From an uncultured delta proteobacterium (GTDB lineage: Bacteria; Myxococcota_A; Polyangia; Polyangiales; Polyangiaceae): a stretch of 64,000 nucleotides of DNA. The stretch lies in contig CAWJCS010000005.1 in the NCBI GenBank assembly GCA_963841435.1, positions 864,001 to 928,000 on the forward strand, read 5' to 3'. The notes beneath the pieces were generated by a model that was given only the letters and a program-made list of their open reading frames with translations, made no database searches and was not told where the DNA came from. The position numbers were made by a program, and so were the translations under genes. This document shows positions 38,993-50,404 of this stretch, piece after piece; the stretch's first letter is position 1; each line of letters opens with the position of its first letter.

Positions 38993-40369
38993 ATGGATCG
39001 CATCATTCAAGACGGAGAAAAGCTCGGCCCGAAGGACCACGCCGAGCGCGTTGCCCTGTTCCGCGTGCAGGTCATCGGACCGCTGCTCGCGCGCGACTTT
39101 CAGGACCACGGCGAGCTGGCGGACGAGCTCCGCGCGCTCGCGGCGAAGTGGCATCGTCCGCCGGAGTCAGCGCTCGGGCGGCAGTACTCGGCGCCGACGA
39201 TCGAGCGCTGGTACTACGAGTACAAGCGCGGCGGACTCGATGCGCTCCGGCCGCGACGACGCTCCGACACGGGCCACGCCCGCGAGCTGACCGAGGAGCA
39301 GCGTGCGCTCCTGCTCGACATCCGACGGGAGTACCCCCGGGCGACGGCTGCACTGATCCTGCGGACGCTGGAGCTCGACGGGCGCCTCGAGAAGGGCGCC
39401 GTGAGCCCCTCCACGCTGCGTCGGCTGTATCAGGAGCACGGCCTCGACCGGGTGAAAGCCGATGCTGCCGACGGGCGCGTCCGGCTCCGCTGGCAGGCCG
39501 ATCGCGCCGATGCGCTCTGGCACTCCGACGTGTGCCACGGCCCGGCGATGAAGCTCGGCGAGCGGTCGGTGCCGCTGCGCATCCACGCACTGCTCGACGA
39601 CCACAGCCGGTACATCGTCGCGATCCAGGCGGCGACGACGGAGCGGGAGGTCGAGATGCTCGCATTGATGGTGAAAGCGATGCGAGACACGGGCCGGCGT
39701 CCCGGCGCGCTCTACCTCGACAACGGCTCGACCTACCGGGGCGAAGTGCTTCAGACGCTCTGCGCAAGGCTCGGCGTCGGGCTGCTCCACGCCGAGGCCG
39801 AAGATCCGCAGGCTCGCGGCAAGATGGAGCGCTTTTGGCGGACGCTGCGCCAGGGCTGCCTCGACCACATCGGCACGCCTGGCAGCTTGCAGGACGTGCA
39901 GGTGCGATTGCTCGCTTTCCTCGGCAAGCACTATCACGTCTCACCTCACGCCTCGCTGATGGGCAAGACGCCCGCCCACGTGTATGAGACCGCGCCGCGC
40001 GACGCGAAGGCGGTCACGGAAGCGGAGCTCGGCATCGCGCTCACCGTCCGCGGTCGCCGCCGCGTCCGCACCGACGGCACGCTCGACATCGGCGGCGTGA
40101 CCTTCGAGACGCGGGCGGGTTTCCTCGCGGGCAAGCTCGTTACCGTCGCCCGCTCCCTGCTCGACGTTTCCACGCATCCGTGGATCGAGCACGAGGACGA
40201 GCGCTACCTGCTCGGCCCGGTCAATCCCGAGGAGAACGCCCGTCGAAAGAAAGAAGGGCCGACCGCCAACCGTCCGCAGCAAGGCCTCGACGTGCCTTTC
40301 GATCCGCCCGGCGCCCTGCTCGACGCGCTGCTCAAACGCGGGCCCGACGGCGACGGAGGTGCCCAATGA
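38993..40369 (+). CDS. DDE integrase/transposase (Mu/IS481-like)
   Basis: LWHSD, LLDDHSR, LYLDNGSTY, RGKMERFWRT, RRRVRTDGTL. Confidence 0.9.
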   Translation: MDRIIQDGEKLGPKDHAERVALFRVQVIGPLLARDFQDHGELADELRALAAKWHRPPESALGRQYSAPTIERWYYEYKRGGLDALRPRRRSDTGHARELTEEQRALLLDIRREYPRATAALILRTLELDGRLEKGAVSPSTLRRLYQEHGLDRVKADAADGRVRLRWQADRADALWHSDVCHGPAMKLGERSVPLRIHALLDDHSRYIVAIQAATTEREVEMLALMVKAMRDTGRRPGALYLDNGSTYRGEVLQTLCARLGVGLLHAEAEDPQARGKMERFWRTLRQGCLDHIGTPGSLQDVQVRLLAFLGKHYHVSPHASLMGKTPAHVYETAPRDAKAVTEAELGIALTVRGRRRVRTDGTLDIGGVTFETRAGFLAGKLVTVARSLLDVSTHPWIEHEDERYLLGPVNPEENARRKKEGPTANRPQQGLDVPFDPPGALLDALLKRGPDGDGGAQ

Positions 40370-41181
40370 GCCGCTTTCTCTCGCACTTTGGCCTGCGCGA
40401 AGCGCCTTTCACCAAGGAGATCGCCGACGGCGAGCTCTGGGTGCCCTCCTCGCGAAAAGCCACCGTGGAGACTCTGGTCGAGACGTGTCGCGACCGCGGA
40501 CACGCCGTGCTCGCCGGAGAGCCCGGCGTCGGCAAGACGTGTGTCCTGCGCGCCCTCCGCCATCGGCTGCCGCAGGACGGCTTCCGGCTGACGTACTGCC
40601 ACAACGTGACGCTCGGCCGGCGGGACTTCTACCGCCACGTCTGTCTCGCGCTCGGCCTCTCGCCGAGCGCCACGGCGGCGGCCGTCTTCTTCGCCATCAG
40701 CACCCACATCGAACAACTCGGCGCCGAGAAGGTCCATCCGGTCCTGCTCATCGACGAGGCCCACCTGCTCCACCAGGACGTGCTCGACCATCTGCACATC
40801 CTGGCCAACTACGAGTGGGACTCAAAGCCCTTGCTCTCACTCGTCCTTGTCGGCCTGCCCGAGACCCGGCAGCGGCTTACCCTCGCCAAAAACCGCTCGC
40901 TCTGGTCCCGCATCCACACCCGCCTCTCCCTCGGCGAGGCCACTGCGGGCGACACCGCCGAGTACATCGCATTCCGTTTGAAACGAGCCGGCTCGGAGCG
41001 TGAGCTCTTCTCCTCCGACGCCGTCGCCCTCATCCACGAAGAAACCCACGGCCGCCTCCGCGACATCGACCGTGTCGCCACTGATGCCCTCAAGCTCGGC
41101 GCGCGCAGAAAGCTCCGCATCGTCAACCGCGAGCTCGTCGTCCGCGTCTTCGGCGAACAGGAGGCCGCCACCGAAGACTGA
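40366..41181 (+). CDS. ExeA-like AAA ATPase
   Basis: GEPGVGKT, LLIDEAHLL, LVLVGLPE. Confidence 0.9.
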   Translation: MSRFLSHFGLREAPFTKEIADGELWVPSSRKATVETLVETCRDRGHAVLAGEPGVGKTCVLRALRHRLPQDGFRLTYCHNVTLGRRDFYRHVCLALGLSPSATAAAVFFAISTHIEQLGAEKVHPVLLIDEAHLLHQDVLDHLHILANYEWDSKPLLSLVLVGLPETRQRLTLAKNRSLWSRIHTRLSLGEATAGDTAEYIAFRLKRAGSERELFSSDAVALIHEETHGRLRDIDRVATDALKLGARRKLRIVNRELVVRVFGEQEAATED

Positions 41182-41340
41182 TCGCACCTCGGTCCCGTTA
41201 CACGATGGCCATCGCTGGCCTGGCGCCATCCCGCCGGGCTACGCGATGGCCATCCCGCTTTGTGACCGCCGCCGCGCGTCTCCGGCGATGCCCATCACCC
41301 AGCCCGCGCCCATCCCCATCAGGCAGCTTGCGCGGCAACA

Positions 41341-42417
41341 GATCCGAGCACGGGTGAGCGCGTGCTGGCGGAGCTTTTCGTGGCGGTGCTCGGCGCGTCG
41401 AACTTGACCTACGCGGAGGCGACGGCGAGCCAGAAAGTCGAGGACTTCGTGAGCGCACACGTCCGAGCGCTCACGTACATCGGCGGCGTGCCGACGATGA
41501 TTGTGCCGGACTGTCTGAAGTCGGCGGTGACGGTGCCGTGCCGGTACGAGCCGGGCATCCAACGCACCTACGCCGAGTTTGCGCGCCACTACGGGACGGC
41601 GGTGGTGCCGGCGCGGCCGTACAAGGCGCGCGACAAGGCGAAGGTGGAGGTCGCCGTGCAGATCGCGCAGCGATGGATCCTCGCGCGTCTTCGCAACGAG
41701 ACCTTCTTCTCGCTGGAGGCGCTGAATGCTCGCGTGCGCGTGCTCCTGGATGAGCTCAACGCGCGGCCGATGAAGAAGCTCGGAGGCATCAGCCGTCGCG
41801 AGCTGTTTGAGCGCGTCGAACGTGGAGCGTTGGGTGCGCTGCCGAGCGACCCGTACGAGTGCGCCGAGTGGCTCGAGCGGACAGTGAACACGGACTACCA
41901 CGTGGAGGTCGACAAGCACTGGTACTCGGTGCCGTACGACCTCGTCCACGAACCGGTTTGGGCACGATTTACGGCCATGACGGTCGAGATCCTCCACAAC
42001 AACGGTCGCGTCGCGTCCCACGTGCGGAGTTGGGTCCCCTACGCGCACACGACCAATCCGGCGCACATGCCCGAGGGCCATCGTCGCCACGCGGCCGGCG
42101 CGGAGGGAGTGCTGGCCTGGGCGGCGACGGTTGGGCCGATGGCGGTTGCGATGGTGCGACGGTTGCTCGACGCGAACCCGGTCCGAGAGCAGGGCTGGCG
42201 GTCCGCGCGTGGGCTTCAGCGAATCGGTGAAAAGTACGGCCCGGTGCGAACCGAGCTCGCGTGTGCGCGGGCGCTGCGTTTCGGCGCTCGCTCGTACAAG
42301 CCGGTCGCGAACATCCTCGCGCTCGGCCGCGAGAGCGCCGGGGCGCTCGAGGACGAGCCCGAGGAACGGATTGCGATCATGCACGAGAACGTGCGTGGCC
42401 CTGACTACTACCATTGA
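41341..42417 (+). pseudogene. istA: IS21 transposase IstA, N-terminus missing
   Basis: [39 protein letters not shown]. Confidence 0.9.
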
Positions 42418-42431
42418 AGAAAGGAAACCGA

Positions 42432-43175
42432 ATGCTTCACGAACCCACCATCGAAAAACTCCATGAGCTGCGCCTGGCCATCATGGCCGAGGCCTGGCAA
42501 CAGCAACAAAAGGACGCGAAAATCGGGGCGCTGAGCTTCGACGAGCGCTTCACGCTGATCGTCGATGCCGAGCACCAGGCTCGCGACAACCGCCGTCTCA
42601 CGCGCCTGCTGAAAGACGCGCAGCTGCGGATCCCGCAGGCGTGTGTCGAGGACGTCGCCAGCTCGCCGGCTCGTGGCCTCGAAAAGGCGATGCTGCGCCA
42701 GCTCGCGTCCTGCACCTGGGTCACCGAGCACCTGAACGTCCTCATCACCGGCGGAACCGGCGTCGGCAAGAGCTACCTCGCCTGCGCGCTCGGACAGAGC
42801 GCGTGTCGCAAGGCGCTTCGGGTGACCTACCGCCGCGTCCCGCGCCTGCTCGACGAGCTCGCGCTCGCCCGCGCCGAGGGCTCCCACGCGCGGCTGCTCG
42901 CGAAGCTCGCGAAGTTTGACGTGCTCGTGCTCGACGACTGGGGTCTCGGTGCGCCGAAGGACTCGCAGCGTCACGACCTGCTCGAGGTGATCGAGGACCG
43001 CTACGGCCGCGTCTCGACTGTCGTCACCAGCCAGCTACCCGTCGGAAAGTGGCACGAGTGGATCGGAGACCCGACAATGGCAGACGCTATTTTGGATCGC
43101 CTCGTGAACAACGCTTACAAGGTCAACCTGAAAGGACCATCCCGCCGGAAACTCGAGACTGAACCCTCCCACTGA
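42432..43175 (+). CDS. istB: IS21 helper ATPase IstB
   Basis: GGTGVGKS, LVLDDWG, ADAILDRLV. Confidence 0.95.
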   Translation: MLHEPTIEKLHELRLAIMAEAWQQQQKDAKIGALSFDERFTLIVDAEHQARDNRRLTRLLKDAQLRIPQACVEDVASSPARGLEKAMLRQLASCTWVTEHLNVLITGGTGVGKSYLACALGQSACRKALRVTYRRVPRLLDELALARAEGSHARLLAKLAKFDVLVLDDWGLGAPKDSQRHDLLEVIEDRYGRVSTVVTSQLPVGKWHEWIGDPTMADAILDRLVNNAYKVNLKGPSRRKLETEPSH

Positions 43176-43271
43176 CCGCCGACCGCCTGCGTCGCTCCGC
43201 TCCGATCACGATGCCCGATGCGAGTGATCACGATGCGCCGAAACGGCTGTCCACGATGGGCGAAATCCGCA

Positions 43272-44382
43272 ATAGGAGACGATTTTCACGCGAAGCGCGT
43301 GCTTTCCCTCGCTAACGGCGTGGTGGGTACCATCCACGCCGCCGCGTTGGCGGTTCACTTTATCGGGGAGGGTTTGGCGCTTGCGGAGGGACTCGACCCA
43401 AAGCACGCGATCAAACAGGTCAACCGTTTGCTCAGCAATCCGGCGATTTCCGTCGAGAGGTTCTTCGCCCGATGGGTGCCGTTCGTCGTTGCCGAGCGGA
43501 AAGCGCTCCGGGTAGCGCTGGACTGGACGGAGTTCGATCGCGATGGGCAGATCACCATCGCGCTCTACCTGCTGACGAGGCACGGGCGGGCCACCCCGTT
43601 GCTCTGGAGGACCGTCAGGAAGAGCGACCTGAAGGAGCGACAGGGGGAATACGAAGATGCTATCGTTGAACAGCTTCACAGTCTTCTCGGCGCCGATGTG
43701 CGAGTGACGCTGCTGGCCGATCGAGGCTTTGGCGACCAGGCGCGGTACGAGCATCTCGACCGGCTCGGCTTCAGCTTCGTCATTCGTTTTCGCGAGAACA
43801 TCCTGGTTGAGAGCGCCGACGGCGATTCGAAGACCGCCGCAGAATGGGTTCCGAGCAACGGCCGGCCCAAGCACCTGCGAAAAGCCAGAGTGACTGCTGA
43901 CCGCGCCAACGTGGGCGCCGTCGTGTGCGTGAAATCGGCCGGAATGGCTCAGGCCTGGTGCCTCGCCACCAACCGTACCGACCTTTCGGCGACCGAGGTC
44001 GTCGAGTTGTACGGCCGCCGCTTCACGATCGAGGAGACGTTCCGCGACCAGAAAGATCTGCGCTTTGGCATGGGGCTGTCGAGCACGCACATCAAGGACC
44101 CGGCACGGCGCGATCGCCTGCTCATGCTCGCAGCCTTTGCACAGGGGCTCCTCACGCTGCTCGGCGCTGCGAGCGAAGCGTCCGGACTCGATCGCTACTT
44201 GAAGGCCAATACTGTCAAAAAGCGCACTCACTCCCTGTTTCGTCAGGGTAGCTATTACTATGCCGCGCTCCCCAACATGCGCGATGATCGCCTGTTGCCG
44301 CTCATGGACGCCTTCGGCAAGATCGTCGCCGAGCATCAGGTCTCGCGCGAACTTCTCGGTGTCATATGAGGGGATGCCTCAG
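43272..44382 (+). mobile_element. IS4 family (IS10-like) element, 5'-truncated by IS21
   Basis: LDWT, LLADRGF, YGRRFTIEETFRDQK; right IR reverse complement CTGAGGCATCCCCTCA. Confidence 0.88.
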
Positions 44383-44412
44383 GAGTTGCCCCTGTCAAAC
44401 CGGACACGTGGT

Positions 44413-45270
44413 TTAGGGTAATTGGGCGCGGCGGAATTGCCGCGGAGAAAGCATGTTGAGGCCGCTGTGGGGGTGGTTCTCGTTGTAGTCGGCAAACCAA
44501 GCGGGAAGGGCGGCGAGGACGGAGCGCGCCGAGGCGACGTCGCCGAGGTAGACGTAGTCGCGTTTGAAGGTCTTCACGAAGGCCTCCGACATGCCGTTGG
44601 ACTCGGGCGAGTACGCGGGCGTGTTGCGCACGAGCAGGCCGGACAGAGCACCAAACGCCCGCGTCTCGTGCGCCGTATAGGGCGGTCCGTTATCGGTGAG
44701 CCACTCGACGGGGTGCGCCGTGTGCGTGCCTCCAAAGCGCGCCTCGACCGACTGCGCCATCAAATCACGGATGTCCGTGCCGTCGAGGTGCCGGTCGGAC
44801 GCGACCCAGGCGATAGCCTCGCGGTCGCAGCAATCGAGAGCGAAGGCGACGTGGACGCGCTCGCCGTTCCAGCAGCGCACCTCGAAGCTGTCGCTGCACC
44901 ACCGCAGGTCGCTCGCCAGCGTGATCACCTTGCCGTCGTGCCGGCGCTCGGGATGGATGCCGTACTTTGCCAGCAGCAACTGCGCCCGCTTCATGAGCCG
45001 GTAAACGCGCTTGTGGTTGATGCGATTGGCGGGCTCTTGACGGTTCAATCGGGCCGTGACGCGGCGGTAGCCGTACGACGGCCGCTCGCGCACCACCGCG
45101 CGGATGCGGTCGAGCACGTCGTCGTCTCCGTCGCAGTCGTAGCCGGTCCGTTCTCGCGGAGCCGTCCGGGCACTGCGGCTCAGGTGCGAGCGTGAGATGC
45201 CGAGGGCGTCGGCCACCGGCTTCACTTTTCGCCCTCGTCGGATGAGCTCCCGCGCGACAACAGTTTTTTT
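44413..45270 (-). CDS. IS3/IS2 OrfB (expressed via -1 frameshift)
   Basis: RWCSD, LDCCDRE, WLTDNG, SPESNGMSEAFVKTFKRDY. Confidence 0.9.
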   Translation of the reverse strand, partial: KKTVVARELIRRGRKVKPVADALGISRSHLSRSARTAPRERTGYDCDGDDDVLDRIRAVVRERPSYGYRRVTARLNRQEPANRINHKRVYRLMKRAQLLLAKYGIHPERRHDGKVITLASDLRWCSDSFEVRCWNGERVHVAFALDCCDREAIAWVASDRHLDGTDIRDLMAQSVEARFGGTHTAHPVEWLTDNGPPYTAHETRAFGALSGLLVRNTPAYSPESNGMSEAFVKTFKRDYVYLGDVASARSVLAALPAWFADYNENHPHSGLNMLSPRQFRRAQLP

Positions 45271-45608
45271 TCGCGGGCGACCTCGATGGCCTCTTCGAGG
45301 ATCTCCACTTGCATCGTCTTCTTGCCGAGAGCCCGCTCGAGCTCCTTGATGCGCGCCTTGAGCTTCTTCACCTCGCTCTCGGGCACGACCTTCTCGTTCG
45401 ACTTCAGGCCCTTCTTCGTCGCGTCGTCCATGGCTCGCTTCCATTGGAACAACATGCTGGGCGCGAGGCCATAGCGTCGTGCAACCTCCGAGACTGAGTT
45501 CCCGGTGCGGGCCGCCTCGTCCAGAAATGCCCGCTTCTGCTCGGCCGTGAATCTACGCCGCCTGCCTGGCTCGACTGCCTGGACGCTGATCAATGCTGCT
45601 GCCGTCAT
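45222..45608 (-). CDS. IS3/IS2 OrfA
   Basis: RRRRFTAEQK...SVSEVARRYG...IKELERALGKKT. Confidence 0.9.
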   Translation of the reverse strand: MTAAALISVQAVEPGRRRRFTAEQKRAFLDEAARTGNSVSEVARRYGLAPSMLFQWKRAMDDATKKGLKSNEKVVPESEVKKLKARIKELERALGKKTMQVEILEEAIEVAREKKLLSRGSSSDEGEK

Positions 45609-46148
45609 CGTGGACTCCTTCGAAAAGGTGTCCGGTCCAAACGGGGGCTACATCACGATGCTCACGAAGCGTCAAGCCGCCCTCTCCGCACTGTGGACGC
45701 CGGTGGGGTTCACGGAGCTTCAGCACGACTTCGCGCAGTTCGAGTTCATGAAGCGCATCGGCCAGCAGTGTCCCGAGGCAGTCAACGGGGCTGAGACCTA
45801 CCACGGGAGCAACGTGGGTGGCAGCGCGTGGACCCAGCACCGCTTCGTGAGGTACCCAGGTGTTCTCCCGGGCGGCGGTAACGAGGTGATCTTTCACCGG
45901 ATCGACAAGCGGCAGGATCCGAAGTGCGAGACCCGGTTCTACTTCTCTACCCGCCAGTATGCGGCGGTCAAAGGAAACCCTGAGGTACGTAAGGCGAGGG
46001 TGCTCTGGCCGCCCTTGAAGTGGCGGGGCGCACCGCGCGCCCCGGACATTCAGGGCTTCAGCGCCCCACTCGCGCTCTCTCGTGGGTCTCCGTGCCCGCG
46101 ACCCGCCGGGAGGCACCCTGCCCCCTCGTGCCACCGTTGCCCAGACGG

Positions 46149-46841
46149 CTAAAAACAGAAGTCCACTGCTTTGTTCTTGATCGTCACGACGCTAGGCCAG
46201 AATCCATAACCACCCATGCGATCGACCTCGTCGACCACGCTCGTGACATAGGGGGCAAGACCCTCATAGGACAACTCGAAGTCTGCTTTGATGGGGATGC
46301 CCTCGTAGGTGAACTCTGGCGCTGACTCGCCTGGTCCAAAGGCGAACTTCGCGCTCTCAACATCATCCTTCAGCCATTTCCACGGACTTCCGATCCCTTC
46401 GACCAAGTTCTCGACGAGGTCTGGTGGAACGTGGCCCCTTAGTTTGGAGGAGAGCGATGAGAAATCGACTTCTTCCTGAAGCTCGATCGCGTCGATGTTC
46501 ACGTCGGACAAGAGGAGCAACCCGAATGCGTTGCCGTTGTTGCCGTCGAGCTTGTCGTACTCTTGCGTCACTAGCTCTCCTCGACCAATAGTCACCCGAA
46601 GACATGCTCCGTGCCCAGCGGCTCGCAAGCCCTGGAGGAGCAAAATTCTCCCTGCTGGCAGTTGAGCGCAGCGAGCAGCAAAATGGCCCCGAAACCTGCG
46701 CTGACTCATGAGCGACTCACGGGCGAGTCTTGTTTGTTCGTCACGCTTGGCTTGCTTCGCCGTGTAGCTGGCCTGCGTGACCAAGAACGTGATGAGGCCG
46801 CCAACGGCGAGGCCAACGAACAAGAGTACCACATCCACCAT
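46149..46841 (-). CDS. Hypothetical protein with N-terminal TM segment, possibly chimeric
   Basis: 230-aa ORF with hydrophobic N-terminus; no recognised family. Confidence 0.4.
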   Translation of the reverse strand: MVDVVLLFVGLAVGGLITFLVTQASYTAKQAKRDEQTRLARESLMSQRRFRGHFAARCAQLPAGRILLLQGLRAAGHGACLRVTIGRGELVTQEYDKLDGNNGNAFGLLLLSDVNIDAIELQEEVDFSSLSSKLRGHVPPDLVENLVEGIGSPWKWLKDDVESAKFAFGPGESAPEFTYEGIPIKADFELSYEGLAPYVTSVVDEVDRMGGYGFWPSVVTIKNKAVDFCF

Positions 46842-46913
46842 CGTAGTTTCGCTCCCGAAAGGGTTAGACCGGCGGGCAGAGATCCAGCGTTTTCATCTGG
46901 TCAGGAGACTCGC

Positions 46914-48071
<1,158 letters not shown>

Positions 48072-48083
48072 CCCAGGTTCCTC

Positions 48084-49181
48084 CTACTGCTCACCCAAGA
48101 TCGCTTTGATATCCGGTCGCGCCCGCCAGGCCTCGTAGTCGGGCAACCAATCTTCGAGCGCCCGCGCCTCCGTCCAGAGCGCATCGATCTCCTTCATGTA
48201 GCAGTCGACGATCTCTGGCTTGACCTCGAAGCCTCCCGACGTGTTGGTCGCTTTGGGTGAAGCTCGTGGTGCCGTGAAGCCGTATGGCTTGGCGGTTTGA
48301 GCCCGCTTATCGAGCGTGTCGATGAGGTACCAACGACCCTGAAGGTCTCGATCGAGGAGCCTCACCTCGAAGTTGCGGTCAACGCCAGCGCGCCGCGCTT
48401 CCTCACGAAGCCAGAGCAGCCCCTCCACCGTATCGTTGCCGAACGCATAGAGCACGTCTCTCGAACGCCCGACCATGCGCGCCACGTGAATTGCATCGCC
48501 GTGAACGAAATCGAAGACGAGAAACCTTACGCGTACACCACGGGTCAGCCGGTCGAGAAAGATCTTCCGGCCGATCGAGGCCGTGATGTAGAAGTCCACG
48601 GCCGCCAACGTAATGTCCGTCAACGCTTGCTTCGCGTAGTCGAGAAACATGAGGATGAATTCATGTCCTCGTTCGAACTCGTAGGATTCGTTCCACGGGG
48701 GGTCACGCGGGGCAGGGCCACCCTCGAGATAGGCGATGGCACGCCTCAGGTAGTCGGCCAGTTGCTCGGGGCGGTGTTGACGGAGTTCGTGGATGCGATC
48801 TCGAATTCGCTTCGGCACGACCTCGAATGCGGCCTCGAAGTCGAGGTAGCCGCGTGACTGGCGCGAGGCAAGCACCCAGTCGCTCGATTCCGTCTGCACG
48901 AAACCATGCAGACGGTAGACCAGCGGCGCAGCGGTGTCCTTGCTCAGCTTTTCGCTTTTGCCGCCCTTCCCCTGCAGCTCCCGCGACAGGGCGTGAGCCG
49001 GTCCCGAGTTGCGTCTGCGCTGAACCGAAAGCTCGAGCTCTGCGCTCAATACATAGCTCGCGTCGATCAGCTTGAAGACGCGACGGTGAAGAGCTTCATA
49101 GAAGTGTCTGCTTCCTTCGTCTCTCGGCACGATTTCCAGTGCAATACAGAGTTTGCAAAGTCGCTCGTTGATCGGATACAT
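48084..49181 (-). CDS. Hypothetical protein
   Basis: 365-aa ORF upstream of the peptidase; C-half weakly PLD-like (GVRVRFLVFD, RWYLID). Confidence 0.55.
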   Translation of the reverse strand: MYPINERLCKLCIALEIVPRDEGSRHFYEALHRRVFKLIDASYVLSAELELSVQRRRNSGPAHALSRELQGKGGKSEKLSKDTAAPLVYRLHGFVQTESSDWVLASRQSRGYLDFEAAFEVVPKRIRDRIHELRQHRPEQLADYLRRAIAYLEGGPAPRDPPWNESYEFERGHEFILMFLDYAKQALTDITLAAVDFYITASIGRKIFLDRLTRGVRVRFLVFDFVHGDAIHVARMVGRSRDVLYAFGNDTVEGLLWLREEARRAGVDRNFEVRLLDRDLQGRWYLIDTLDKRAQTAKPYGFTAPRASPKATNTSGGFEVKPEIVDCYMKEIDALWTEARALEDWLPDYEAWRARPDIKAILGEQ

Positions 49182-49604
49182 GGTGACCCTGCGCGTCCGG
49201 AGGACACCCTATCACGACGTGTGTTCTGTCCGTTCGTGTTCTCTTTCTGCACGCGTTCTACATGAATGCTCGGCTTTCCGTTCCGGAAGCTCTCTTGGGG
49301 CGCGTGGCGCGGTGCCTCCGCGAGCGTATGGCGCTGCTTGCGCCCCCCAGCTTCGCTAGGCGGCGCGCCCTTCGTTAGCTCACGCCGGCGCTTCGCGGCG
49401 CCGGTGGCAACGGAGTGAAGGTATTCTCCACGCTCAGAAATGCGCGCCCCTCGTGCATGAACGAGCGGGCGACGTTGAGCGTGAACCCGTCCGTAGCGGC
49501 GGCGTCGAAGAACCTCGCTATCCAGGCGAACTCTGCGCCGAGATGGCCAGGCAGATTGCAGCTAGCGCCAGCTCCGGTGCGGGCTCAGCCGTCACTCCGC
49601 GGGG

Positions 49605-49696
49605 ATAGGCGAAGCAAACGCATCCGTCGCGGTGGATGGCGTGCTGGACTTTACGGATCGCCGAAGATGCGATCCAGCCTGCGGGCCGGACCGCTG
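49605..49696 (-). mobile_element. Mini hairpin element, copy 4
   Basis: 92 bp with the same ends. Confidence 0.8.
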
Positions 49697-49997
49697 ACCT
49701 CGGCGCCTCGCTCGCTGCCGGGCGCGGCACGCGCGGCGCACGTGTTTTGCGAGCCGGCCACGCGCGCTTCTCCCCCCGCGCCTCCTTGTTGAGCATCCAC
49801 TTCCAGTACGTCAGCGTCCGCGCGTTGATCCCGAGCTCCGCTGCGAACTCCGCGCAGCTCAGCCCGCTATCCCGCCAGCGCTCGACTCGCTTCGCCCACT
49901 CCTCGCGCGCCACTCGCGATCTCTCGTGCGTCTCCATGCCCGCGAGTCTGCCGTGGCGCGCCCGACCCCGTCACGACGCCGTTGCCCGGACGGATAC
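49697..49997 (-). mobile_element. IS66 left-end remnant with truncated tnpA
   Basis: IR GTATCCG; WAKRVERWRDSGLSCAEFA...TLTYWKW, cut by the mini element. Confidence 0.8.
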
Positions 49998-50002
49998 GAC
50001 GT

Positions 50003-50404
50003 TCACTCTCGCGAGGCGCGGTCATAGACCAAGGTTTCATTGGATGAAAACGCGGTCTGCTGTACCTCGGAGAGCCAGTCCGCCGCTGGCTTCACCCGTC
50101 CCAAGGCAATAGGCAGAGCGGCAATCAAGCTTTCCCAGCCCGCCATCTCCTCGTCCGCGCTGATCGAGCCGGATTCTGTCGTGAAGTCCAGGCAGACCAG
50201 ATCGACCGCGAAAAAGTCGCGCTTTAGAGCCTTGACACGAAGGACCTGAGCCCACACGCAGCCGTTCACAGTCACCCCTTCGGCGTTCACGAGTCGAAAG
50301 CCGGTCGGATCGGTCTCAATCGTGATGGTGGGTGAACGCACCTCAGGGTGCCTCCGAAAGGTGCTCAAAAGCCTTCTCAGGTGCCGGGCGATCACCCTTA
50401 CCAT
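50003..50404 (-). CDS. Putative immunity protein for RHS-CT3
   Basis: Overlaps the CT3 stop; KRDFFAVDLVCL..EEMAGW..L..ALP. Confidence 0.6.
   Translation of the reverse strand: MVRVIARHLRRLLSTFRRHPEVRSPTITIETDPTGFRLVNAEGVTVNGCVWAQVLRVKALKRDFFAVDLVCLDFTTESGSISADEEMAGWESLIAALPIALGRVKPAADWLSEVQQTAFSSNETLVYDRASRE

Larger units (their letters stand above)
38013..41340 (+). mobile_element. Three-gene DDE/ATPase transposon with TG..CA ends
   Basis: Ends TGTTAGCGCGCA / TGTTGCCGCGCA; repeated GCCATC motifs at the right end; no target duplication seen. Confidence 0.8.
41341..43271 (+). mobile_element. IS21 family element, 5'-truncated
   Basis: Partial istA, intact istB, right end with CACGATG repeats ending CCGCA. 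Confidence 0.9.
44384..45652 (-). mobile_element. IS3 family (IS2-like) element
   Basis: IRs TGTAGCCCCCGTTTGGACCGGACAC / AGTTGCCCCTGTCAAACCGGACAC; A8 slippery run at 45264-45271. Confidence 0.9.
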
